Below, in pieces: positions 36,151-44,549 of a DNA stretch of 60,301 bases. A program made the position numbers and the translations under genes. This DNA comes from an uncultured Planctomycetota bacterium. GTDB taxonomy: Bacteria; Planctomycetota; UBA1135; GCA-002686595. The DNA lies in assembly GCA_903892045.1 (NCBI GenBank), contig CAITGX010000275.1, forward strand, positions 1 to 60,301, given 5' to 3'. Below the pieces are notes generated by a model. The model was not told the DNA's origin, searched no databases, and worked only from the letters and a program-made list of their open reading frames with translations. Within the stretch, counting starts at the first letter, position 1. Every line of letters begins with the position of its first letter.

Positions 36151-37979
36151 AGGCTCGCGACGCGCATCACGTCGTTGTAGGTGACGTACACGAGCAGGGT
36201 CAGGATCAGCACCATGCCGACCACCTGGCTGTAGCCGTGAACGCGCTCGGAGACCGGCGAGCCCTTGAGCTTCTCGATCACGAGGAACAGGAGATGCCCG
36301 CCGTCGAGCAGCGGCACTGGCAGCACGTTGATGAACGCGAGGTTCACGCTCAGCATGCACAGGAAGAAGAACAGCTTGGCGAGGCCGAGCTCGGCCCAGC
36401 TGTAGGCGTACACCCCGATCGAGATGATGCCGCCCATGTGCTTGCTCGAGACCTGACCGAGCACCATGCGCTTGAGCATCAGCCAGCTGTCGGTCGCGAA
36501 CTTGAACGTGGCTTGCACGCCGACGACGATCGCTTCGGAGAGCGAGTCCGCGCGGTAGGTGTAGAGCGCCTCGCGCTGTCCGAAGCCGTAGTCCGGCGCG
36601 GACTGCGGGCCCGGCGTCACCTGCAGTTCCAGCGTCTCACGCGCGCCATCCGCGCCCTCGCGCAGGACCTTGAGCGTCACGCTGCGCTGCTCCGCGGCCA
36701 CGCCCTGCACGAGCGGGAGGAAGTCCGACTCCCAGTCCGAGAGCTCCACGCCATTGGCGGAGAGCAGCCGATCGCCGTCCTGCAGCGTGCCGGCGGCAGC
36801 CGAGCGCGGCGCGACGACGACTTCGCACTGCGTCACGTTGGGCGCCAGCGCGACGTCGCGCGCGAACGCCAGCGCGGCGGCGGAGTCGAGCGCATCACCA
36901 TGCAGCGTCACGCGCTCGCCATTCCGGTCGACCTCGATCACCAGCGGGGCGCCGGGCAGCGTCGCGAGCGCGAGATCGTTGCGCTGCAGGATGCGCCGAC
37001 CGTTGGCGCGCACGATGCGATCCCCGGCGAGCAGGCCGAGCTTCGCCGCCGTGCTGCCCGCGCGCACTTCGCGCACGATCGAGAGCGCCGGCAGGAGCCC
37101 GAGCACGCGCTTGGACTCGTTGGTGCTCCACTCCGGCTCGATCGAGACCTCGCGCTCGACGCCGTCGGCGCCGGACACGCGCAGGCGCAGCGGAGTTCCC
37201 GCGCGCGTCGCGATCTCGAGGGACTCCTCGAGCGAGAAGCCCGAGGGGACGCCGACGACCGCCACGATGCGATCCGCATCCGAGAGCCCAGCGCGCGCGG
37301 CGGCGGACTCCGCCGGCACGAGGATCGCGCCCGCCCGGTCGGCCCCGGGCGCTACGCCGATGGTCGCGAGCCCAAGGCGCTCGTCGTAGGCGGGCTCGAT
37401 CGCGACGCGCCGCGGCGCGGCCTCGCCGGGGCCCTGCACCAGCAGCGACGAGTCGCCCGGCGGCGCCAGCGCGATCTCCTGCGCGATGTACTCGAAGCTC
37501 GCGATCTTCGCTCCGTTGACCTCGAGAATGCGCGTGCCCGGCTCGAGCCCGGCGCGCCAAGCGGGGCTGCCCGGGGCGATGGAGCCGACGACCGGCTCGT
37601 TGAACTTCACGCCGTGGAACATCACGAGCGGCAGCACGATGGCCGCGAACACCATGTTCATCAGCACGCCGCCCGAATAGATGAAGAAGCGCGCGCCGAC
37701 CGACTTGGTGTGCAGCTCGTCGCCGAGCGGCTTCGAGCCCGGTTCGACGGAGTCCTCGCCCGCCATGCGCACGTAGCCGCCGAGCGGCAGCATCGCGACC
37801 TGGTAGAGCGTGTCTCCGCGCCGCACGCCGAACAGCTTGGGCCCGAAGCCGAGGCTGAAGGTCTCCACGCGCACCTTGCACAGGCGCGCGGCGATGAAGT
37901 GGCCAAGCTCGTGCACGAAGATCACCAGCCCGATGCCGATGGCCATCTGCAGCAGGCGCGAGAGCGATTCGAATTCCAT
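36147..37979 (-). CDS. rseP: RIP site-2 metalloprotease RseP with an expanded PDZ region
   Basis: HELGH zinc motif at the N-terminus. C-terminal NVLPVPLLDGGH motif. Four PDZ-like segments in between. 610 aa. Confidence 0.9.
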   Translation of the reverse strand: MEFESLSRLLQMAIGIGLVIFVHELGHFIAARLCKVRVETFSLGFGPKLFGVRRGDTLYQVAMLPLGGYVRMAGEDSVEPGSKPLGDELHTKSVGARFFIYSGGVLMNMVFAAIVLPLVMFHGVKFNEPVVGSIAPGSPAWRAGLEPGTRILEVNGAKIASFEYIAQEIALAPPGDSSLLVQGPGEAAPRRVAIEPAYDERLGLATIGVAPGADRAGAILVPAESAAARAGLSDADRIVAVVGVPSGFSLEESLEIATRAGTPLRLRVSGADGVEREVSIEPEWSTNESKRVLGLLPALSIVREVRAGSTAAKLGLLAGDRIVRANGRRILQRNDLALATLPGAPLVIEVDRNGERVTLHGDALDSAAALAFARDVALAPNVTQCEVVVAPRSAAAGTLQDGDRLLSANGVELSDWESDFLPLVQGVAAEQRSVTLKVLREGADGARETLELQVTPGPQSAPDYGFGQREALYTYRADSLSEAIVVGVQATFKFATDSWLMLKRMVLGQVSSKHMGGIISIGVYAYSWAELGLAKLFFFLCMLSVNLAFINVLPVPLLDGGHLLFLVIEKLKGSPVSERVHGYSQVVGMVLILTLLVYVTYNDVMRVASL

Positions 37980-37985
37980 GGGATC

Positions 37986-39152
37986 TCAGCGGGCCGCGGG
38001 CGGGGACAGGCGCTCGATCTCGGCGCGGGCAAGGGCGCGCGCATCGGCGTCGGAGGCCAGCATGGCCCCGATCCCGCCCGTCCGCGCCGGGCGGCGCTCG
38101 AGGGCGAGGCGATTGATGCGCTCGATGTCGGTGAAGCGGATGCGACGCTCGAGGAAGGCCTCCACGGCGACTTCATCGGCCGCGTTCAGGACCGCTCCGG
38201 AGTCGCCGCCTTGCTCGATGGCGCGGAAGCCGAGCGCGAGCGAGGGGAACAGGGCCGGGTCGACCGGCTCGAACGTGAGCTTCGAAAAAAGGCCGAAATC
38301 GAAGCCGCGCAGCGGCGCGTCGACGCGCTCGGGGTGATGCATGCAGTAGTGCAGCGGCCCCTTCATGTCGGGCGGACCGAGCTGCGCGAGCACGCTGCCG
38401 TCGACGAACTCGACCATCGAGTGCACCACCGACTGGCGATGGATCACGACCTCGATGCGCGCGCGCTCGAGACCGAAGAGGTGGTGCACCTCGAGCACTT
38501 CGAGCGCCTTGTTCATCAGCGTCGCCGAGCCGATGGTGATGCGCCGGCCCATGGTCCACGTCGGGTGGCGCAGTGCCGCCTCGGGTCCCACCGCGGCGAG
38601 ATCCTCCGGGCGCGCGTCGCGGAACGGACCACCGCTGGCGGTGAGCAGCACGCGCCGCACGCGCGAGACATCGTCGCCCCCGAGGCACTGGAAGATCGCG
38701 CACAGCTCGCTGTCGACCGGCAGGATGCGCCCGCCGCGCGAGCGCGCGAGCGCCATCAGCTCCTGACCGGCGACCACCAGCGATTCCTTGTTGGCGAGCG
38801 CGAGTCGCTTGCCGCGCTCGAGCACCGCGCGCGACGGCTCGAGCCCGCGCGCGCCGACGATTCCGTGCACCGCGAGCTCGTAGTCCGCGCGCTCGCACAG
38901 CTCGACCGCCGCACGCTCGCCCGACAGGACCTCGACGCTGCGCGGCAGGGCCGCGCGAGCCCGCTCCGCGGCCTCGGGGTCGGACAGGGCCAGCCAGTGC
39001 ACGCCCAACTCGCGCGCTTGGGCGACGGCGCGCTCCCAGTTGGCCCCGGCGGCCAGTCCGGCCACGGAGAAGGCCCCCGGGCTCGCGCGCACGACGTCGA
39101 GCGTCTGGGTGCCGATCGAGCCGGTGCTGCCGAGGACGACGAGGGAGCGCAT
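37986..39152 (-). CDS. dxr: 1-deoxy-D-xylulose 5-phosphate reductoisomerase
   Basis: VLGSTGSIG NADPH motif. LANKESLV. PVDSE. LTASGGPFR. HPTWTMG. MNKALEVLE. Confidence 0.92.
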   Translation of the reverse strand: MRSLVVLGSTGSIGTQTLDVVRASPGAFSVAGLAAGANWERAVAQARELGVHWLALSDPEAAERARAALPRSVEVLSGERAAVELCERADYELAVHGIVGARGLEPSRAVLERGKRLALANKESLVVAGQELMALARSRGGRILPVDSELCAIFQCLGGDDVSRVRRVLLTASGGPFRDARPEDLAAVGPEAALRHPTWTMGRRITIGSATLMNKALEVLEVHHLFGLERARIEVVIHRQSVVHSMVEFVDGSVLAQLGPPDMKGPLHYCMHHPERVDAPLRGFDFGLFSKLTFEPVDPALFPSLALGFRAIEQGGDSGAVLNAADEVAVEAFLERRIRFTDIERINRLALERRPARTGGIGAMLASDADARALARAEIERLSPPAAR

Positions 39153-39283
39153 CTGGGGCGGGTTGGGGCGGCGCCCCTTCTGGCCCTCGCGCTCGCCCGA
39201 AAGGCGCGTCGATTGCCTGCGATTGCGGCGCGCCGGTAGTCTAGGACGCCGATCGGGGTGGTGGAACAGCGCCCCGCACCCCG

Positions 39284-40867
39284 ATGAGCGCCCGCATCGC
39301 CCGCCATTGCCCGCAGTGCGGCTCGCCCCTCGCGCGGGCCGTGGTGGAGGGCCGCGAGCGCAGCCGCTGCCCCGACTGCAGCTTCGTCCTGTACGAGAAC
39401 CCCGCCTGCGCCGTGGCGGCGCTGGTGGTCGACGCGGCCGGCCGGGTGCTGCTCGTGCGCCGCGCCCTGGACCCCTGCAAGGGCGACTGGGCGCTCCCGG
39501 CGGGCTTTCAGGAGATCGACGAGCAACCGGCGCAGACCGCCGTGCGCGAGGTCTTGGAAGAGGCGGGGATCGAGATCCGGCCCCAGTCCGTGTTCGACCT
39601 GTTCCTCGTGGCCCAGCCGGGCCGCCGGGCGGTGACCTTGGCGGTCTACCTGTGCGCGCACGCGAGCGGGGAGCCCGTGCCGGGCGACGACGCCCTCGAG
39701 GCCCGCTTCTTCGACCTCGACGCGCTGCCCCCGAACATCGCCTTCGACAACCGCGAGCGGATCCTCTCGCATCTGCGCGCCGATCCTCGTTACCTTGCCT
39801 GCACCACCATGAGCACCCAATCGACCGGCGGCACGCGCTCGATCTCCTACAAGGACTCGGGCGTCGACATCGAGAAGAAGTACGGCGCCGTCGAGCGCGC
39901 CACGGACGCGATCCGCAAGACCTTCACCAAGGGCGTGGTGGGGGACATCGGCAACTTCGGCGGCCTGTTCGACCTCGGCCGCGCCGGCGTCGGACAGGGC
40001 ATGCTCGTGGCGAGCGCCGACGGCGTCGGCACCAAGCTCGAAGTCGCCAAGCGCGCCAAGGTCTACCACACCGTCGGGCGCGACCTCGTCAACCACTGCA
40101 TCAACGACATCCTCGTGCAGGGTGCCCGTCCCCTGTTCTTCATGGACTACGTGGCGGTGGGCAAGATGGAGCCCGAGGTCGTGGCCGAGCTGATCCGCGG
40201 CTGCGCGGAGGGTTGCAGCGAGAATGCCGTCGCGCTGCTCGGCGGCGAGACCGCGGAGATGCCGGGCCTGTACGCAGTGGGCGACTTCGACCTCGCCGGC
40301 TTCATCGTCGGCATCGTCGATCCCACGAAGCTGCTCGATGGCAGCCGCGTGCGCCCCGGACAGGTCGTGCTCGGCCTCGCTTCGGCGGGCCTGCACACCA
40401 ACGGCTACTCGCTCGCGCGCAAGATCCTGTTCGACCACAAGGGGCACGCCGTCGATGCCCGTCCCGCCGAGCTCGGCGGCCAGTCGGTGGGGGAAGCGCT
40501 GCTCGCCGAGCACCGCTCGTACCTGAAGCTCCTGTGGCCGCTGCTCGAGCAGGGCAAGATCGCCGCCATGGCCCACATCACGGGCGGCGGACTCGTCGAC
40601 AACCTGCCGCGCGTGCTCGGCTCGAGCGACGCGGTCCTCGACCGCACCTCGTGGCCGGTCCCGGCGCTGTTCCGCTACCTGTGCGAGGCCGGCAACGTCG
40701 ACGCGGAAGAGCGCTACCAGGTGCTCAACATGGGCATCGGCATGGCGCTGATCGTCGACGCCGCCGACGTGGCCGCCGTGGGGAACCACTTCCGCGCGGT
40801 CGGCGAGCCGTTCTTCACGATCGGCCGCATCGAGGCGGGCAGCGGCATCGTGCGCTGGTCGCGCTGA
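39284..40867 (+). CDS. purM: Nudix hydrolase (zinc-ribbon N-terminus) fused in frame to phosphoribosylformylglycinamidine cyclo-ligase (AIR synthase)
   Basis: Residues 1-175: CPQC..CPDC zinc ribbon and a perfect Nudix box GFQEIDEQPAQTAVREVLEEAGI. Residues 176-527: PurM (YKDSGVDI, GGLFDL, ASADGVGTK, DYVA, LLGGETAEMP, TNGYSL, HITGGG). No stop codon between them. An internal ATG at 39809 could give a separate PurM. Confidence 0.85.
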   Translation: MSARIARHCPQCGSPLARAVVEGRERSRCPDCSFVLYENPACAVAALVVDAAGRVLLVRRALDPCKGDWALPAGFQEIDEQPAQTAVREVLEEAGIEIRPQSVFDLFLVAQPGRRAVTLAVYLCAHASGEPVPGDDALEARFFDLDALPPNIAFDNRERILSHLRADPRYLACTTMSTQSTGGTRSISYKDSGVDIEKKYGAVERATDAIRKTFTKGVVGDIGNFGGLFDLGRAGVGQGMLVASADGVGTKLEVAKRAKVYHTVGRDLVNHCINDILVQGARPLFFMDYVAVGKMEPEVVAELIRGCAEGCSENAVALLGGETAEMPGLYAVGDFDLAGFIVGIVDPTKLLDGSRVRPGQVVLGLASAGLHTNGYSLARKILFDHKGHAVDARPAELGGQSVGEALLAEHRSYLKLLWPLLEQGKIAAMAHITGGGLVDNLPRVLGSSDAVLDRTSWPVPALFRYLCEAGNVDAEERYQVLNMGIGMALIVDAADVAAVGNHFRAVGEPFFTIGRIEAGSGIVRWSR

Positions 40868-41032
40868 GCGCCCGCTTCGCAAACCCAATCCTTGCAGGAT
40901 CCGCTGTTCTCCCGCCGGAAGGGCCCGAGGACGACGATCTGGCCGCTGGAACATCGGCCTTCTCGAAGCCAAGCTAGGGCTCGCGGCCGGTCCGGCTGCA
41001 ACCTCGCCCCCCGTGCGGGCTACCTTCCGAAC

Positions 41033-42310
41033 ATGACCCACTCGCTCCTCCGCAGCGGCGCCCTGCTCCTCTCGCTCCTCGTCCTCGCTCCCGCCCCGGC
41101 GTTGCGCGCCCAGACGGGCGAGCTGCCGGAAAAGGAGCAGCAGGCGCTGGGCAAGATCCTCGGCAAGTTCCTCGGTGCCAAGGCCGGCGACAAGGACAAG
41201 GAGAAGGCGCGCGTCGACTTCGGCAAGAAGCTCGAGGAGCTCGGCAAGAAGAAGGGCTTGAAGGAGACCAGCGAGGCCCACGTCGCCGCGCTCGGGCTCA
41301 CCGCGGACCTCGGTCGCGCGCTCTACTTCGCCAGCGAGTACAAGCTCAACCTGCGCGGCGGCAAGCCGATCAGCGAGGAGCTCGCGCAGGTCCCCAAGAC
41401 CAACTACGCACTCTCGCTCCCGTCGACCTATCGCCCGGGCGGTGCTCCGCTGCCCCTGATCCTCGCCATCCCCGAGTTCAAGGACGGCAAGCCGGTGACG
41501 CCTTCGGAGTTCCTCACGGCGCACCTGACCGAGCAGGAGATTCGCGAGGGCGCGGCGATCGCCGTCGTGCCCATGCCCGCGAACAAGGACGACTGGAACC
41601 TGCTCAAGGAAGACCGCAGCGGCGGCATCGCCATGGTGATGTTCACCTGGGGCGACGTGATCGGGAAGGTCGGCATCGACGCCAACCGCATCTACCTCTA
41701 CGGTCGCGGCACCGAGGCCGTGACGGCGGCCATGCACGTCGCGACGCGCTATCCGCACCGCTTCGCGGGCCTGATCGGCATGAGCGGCGACGCCGCCGCC
41801 GACATCGCGCCGACGAACTTCGGCAACCTGCCGACGTTCTTCGCCGCCGCGGGCAGCAACGCGAGCACCTTCGAGGCCAAGGCCAAGGAGCTCGGCTACG
41901 GCAATTGCACGCTGAAGGCGGACGGGACCGCCGTCGACGCCTGGGCGTGGATCGGCAAGACCGCGCGCGTGCCCAACCCGCTCAAGGTCACCTTCCAGCC
42001 CGGCGACCCGTTCCCCGACCGCGCCTACTGGGTGCGCATCCCGGCCACGGCGGGCCTCGCTTCGCCGGTGGTGGCGGAGGCCGATCGCGCCACGAACACG
42101 GTCAAGGTCAAGGTGCCCGACGTGCGGCAGGTCACGCTGCTCTTCAACGCCGAGCTGATCGACTTCGGCAAGCCGGTCAACATCGAGATCAACGGCAAGC
42201 TGCGCACGGAGAAGATCGTGCCGTCGGTCGACGACATGCTCGGGCTCCTGCCCCAGAGCGACAACGGCCGCGTGTACGTGACGCAGCGCACCTACGAGGT
42301 CACGCAGTAG
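41033..42310 (+). CDS. Secreted alpha/beta-hydrolase-fold (esterase-like) protein with a degenerate nucleophile motif
   Basis: ORF 40892..42310. The ATG at 41033 gives a signal peptide (LLLSLLVLAPAPALRAQ). The layout PLPLILAIPE ... RIYLYGRGTEAV ... RYPHRFAGLIGMSG resembles the phospholipase/carboxylesterase family, but G-x-S-x-G is replaced by G-R-G-T-E. Confidence 0.5.
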   Translation: MTHSLLRSGALLLSLLVLAPAPALRAQTGELPEKEQQALGKILGKFLGAKAGDKDKEKARVDFGKKLEELGKKKGLKETSEAHVAALGLTADLGRALYFASEYKLNLRGGKPISEELAQVPKTNYALSLPSTYRPGGAPLPLILAIPEFKDGKPVTPSEFLTAHLTEQEIREGAAIAVVPMPANKDDWNLLKEDRSGGIAMVMFTWGDVIGKVGIDANRIYLYGRGTEAVTAAMHVATRYPHRFAGLIGMSGDAAADIAPTNFGNLPTFFAAAGSNASTFEAKAKELGYGNCTLKADGTAVDAWAWIGKTARVPNPLKVTFQPGDPFPDRAYWVRIPATAGLASPVVAEADRATNTVKVKVPDVRQVTLLFNAELIDFGKPVNIEINGKLRTEKIVPSVDDMLGLLPQSDNGRVYVTQRTYEVTQ

Positions 42311-42350
42311 CTCCTCGGCGCCCACGGAGCGGCGCGGGAAGGCAAGGCCT

Positions 42351-43937
42351 GTGCAGCGTCCGAGCGCGAGCCCGATCCTGTTCGTAGCGGGCGCCGCCGG
42401 CGCCTGCACGATGGCCGTCGAGTTGGCGGCCGTGCGGCTGCTCGCGCCGTGGTTCGGCACCAGCTCGCGCGTGTGGACCAACGTCATCGGGGTGATCCTG
42501 CTGGCGCTGTCCGTGGGCTACCTGCTCGGGGCGCGCCTCGCATCGTCCCAGCGGCCTCGGCGCGCGCTCGGCTGGACGCTGCTCGCCGCGGCGCTGTGGA
42601 CCGCGTGGCTGCCATTCCTCGCCGGTCCGGTGTGCCGGCTGTTCCTGCCCGACGGACTCGGCCTCGACCGCGCCATCGAGCTGTGGACGTGGGGGAGCTT
42701 GGCCTCGACCTTGGTGCTGTTCCTGCCGGCGGCCCTGTGCCTCGGCTGCGTCGGCCCGCTCGCGCTCGAGGCCGTGCAGCGCGCGGACGGCTCGAGCGCG
42801 GGCTCCGCGGGCGGGCGCGTGCTCGGCTGGTCGACGCTCGGCAGCCTGATCGGCACGTTCGTCACGACGCACGTGCTGGTGCCGTGGCTCGGCCTCTCGT
42901 GGACCTTCCTCGGTGTCGCCGCGCTCCTGTTCCTGCTCGGAGCCGCGCTCGCCCTGAGCGAGCGCAGCCGCGCGTCGGCGGCTCTCGGTCTCCTCGCCCT
43001 CGGAGCCGCAGGAGGACTCTCGCGGCTGGAGCGCGGCGCTCCTCCCACCGGGGTGACCGTGCTCGAAGAGCGCGAGAGCGCGTACCAGAGCGTGCGCGCA
43101 ATCGAGGACCGGCGCTGGGGCGAGCCGGTGCGCCTGCTGCAGGTCAACGAAGGACTCGACTCGTTCCAGTCCGTGTGGAAGGCGCAGCCGGGGCTCCTCG
43201 GTCCGGGCTACTACTACGACCTGTTCGCCCTGCCCGCGTGGTGGGGCGGTGCGCGCGGGCGCTGGAAGGTCGCGGTGCTCGGCCTCGGAGCCGGAACCAC
43301 GTGCCGGGTGCTGCGTGGGGCGAGCCCCGAAGGCGTGGAGCTCGAGATCGTCGGTGTCGAGCTCGATCCGGTCGTGGTCGAGCTCGGGGAGCGCCACTTC
43401 GGCCTCGATGCGAGCCGCGAGCGCGTGATCTCCGGCGTCGACGCGCGCGCGGCCCTGCGCACGCTCGAGCGCGACTTCGACCTGATCGTGCTCGATGCCT
43501 ACGCGCGGCAAGTGGAGATCCCGTTCCACCTCTCGAGCGAGGAGGCGCTCGCGGAGATGCGCACGCACCTCGCGCCCGGTGGATGGATCGCGCTCAACGT
43601 CGGCGGCTTCGGCTTCGACGACCCGGTGGTCGCAGCGCTCTCCGGAACGCTTGCGCGCGCCTTCGGCGCCGGAGTCGGCTACCGCGTCAGCGCCTCGCGC
43701 AACTTCGTGCTCTTCGCGCGCCACGGCGGCAACGTGCCGGTGCCGGAGGACGCGGGATTCTGGTTCGAAGGCCCGGTGGGGGAGGCGCTCCTGCCATCGC
43801 TCTCCGTGCGCGGCTCGTGGTCGCGGCTCCAGCCCTGCAGCGACGCGCTCACCCTGCGTGATGACCGCAACCCGATCGACGAGCTGCAGATGCAGTCTCT
43901 GGAGCAGGCCCGTGCGCGCCTCGCCGCTGGTCGCTAG
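42351..43937 (+). CDS. Membrane-anchored spermidine synthase-like (polyamine aminopropyltransferase family) protein
   Basis: GTG start. About 7 N-terminal transmembrane helices. C-terminal class I methyltransferase-like fold with VAVLGLGAGTT and DLIVLDAY motifs, typical of fused membrane SpeE-like proteins. Confidence 0.7.
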   Translation: MQRPSASPILFVAGAAGACTMAVELAAVRLLAPWFGTSSRVWTNVIGVILLALSVGYLLGARLASSQRPRRALGWTLLAAALWTAWLPFLAGPVCRLFLPDGLGLDRAIELWTWGSLASTLVLFLPAALCLGCVGPLALEAVQRADGSSAGSAGGRVLGWSTLGSLIGTFVTTHVLVPWLGLSWTFLGVAALLFLLGAALALSERSRASAALGLLALGAAGGLSRLERGAPPTGVTVLEERESAYQSVRAIEDRRWGEPVRLLQVNEGLDSFQSVWKAQPGLLGPGYYYDLFALPAWWGGARGRWKVAVLGLGAGTTCRVLRGASPEGVELEIVGVELDPVVVELGERHFGLDASRERVISGVDARAALRTLERDFDLIVLDAYARQVEIPFHLSSEEALAEMRTHLAPGGWIALNVGGFGFDDPVVAALSGTLARAFGAGVGYRVSASRNFVLFARHGGNVPVPEDAGFWFEGPVGEALLPSLSVRGSWSRLQPCSDALTLRDDRNPIDELQMQSLEQARARLAAGR

Positions 43938-44460
43938 CGCGCTCGCGCTCGCGCTGTGCGCGCCGACCGCGCGCGCGCAGGCCGAAGGCGTCGCCGAAGC
44001 CTTCGCCGAGGGTCGCTACGACCTCGCGCTGGAGGCTGCCGAGGGGCTCTCGGATCCCGTGCTCGCCGCGGAGTGGCGCTTTCAGGTCCTGCATGCCGCT
44101 GGGGACCTGTCCGGTGCGCTCGCAGCCGCGCGCGCCGGGCTCGTTCTCGCGCCCCAGCATCCGCGCCTCACCCAGAACGCCGCCAACGTCGCGCTGACGC
44201 TCGGCGAGGGCGAACTCGCCCTGCAGTTCTGCGATGGATGGCAGCGCGCGCTCGAAGCGACCGGCGACGAAGCGCAGAGAGCCGCGGGCCTCGAGCGTCT
44301 CGCGCGCTATCGAGCGAACGCCAACGAACTTCTCGCGCTCGACGCAGCCGCGCGCTCGGCGACCACGCGAGCACGCGTGACCGCGCTCGCGCTGCTCGCG
44401 GCCGCGCTCGTCGCTCTGTGGCGTCTCGCGCGCCCCGTGGCCGTGCCGAACGCACGCTGA
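43912..44460 (+). CDS. Small secreted helical (TPR-like) protein with a C-terminal hydrophobic anchor
   Basis: 3' part of ORF 43495..44460. The GTG at 43912 gives a signal peptide (LVASALALALCAPTARAQA) and overlaps the upstream gene by 26 nt. C-terminal TM-like VTALALLAAALVALW. Confidence 0.45.
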   Translation: MRASPLVASALALALCAPTARAQAEGVAEAFAEGRYDLALEAAEGLSDPVLAAEWRFQVLHAAGDLSGALAAARAGLVLAPQHPRLTQNAANVALTLGEGELALQFCDGWQRALEATGDEAQRAAGLERLARYRANANELLALDAAARSATTRARVTALALLAAALVALWRLARPVAVPNAR

Positions 44461-44490
44461 GAGACGAGCCAGCGGTTCGCGGCACGAAAG

Positions 44491-44530
44491 CGCCCGGGCC
44501 GACGCACCTTGCGATGCGTCGGCCCGGGCG
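44491..44530. terminator. Strong hairpin between convergent genes (possible bidirectional terminator)
   Basis: Perfect 16-bp inverted repeat: CGCCCGGGCCGACGCA (44491-44506), loop CCTTGCGA, TGCGTCGGCCCGGGCG (44515-44530). No U-tract. Confidence 0.55.
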
Positions 44531-44549
44531 TGAAGGCGAGCGACTCGAA

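Noticed and set aside
38691-38720. Dxr active-site segment reads PVDSELCAIFQ instead of the usual PVDSEH(S/N)A(I/L)FQ (His replaced by Leu).
   Set aside because: All other Dxr motifs are intact and the metal-binding Asp/Glu are present. Without an alignment across the organism's relatives I cannot tell whether this is a lineage-typical substitution, so it is not reported as a finding.
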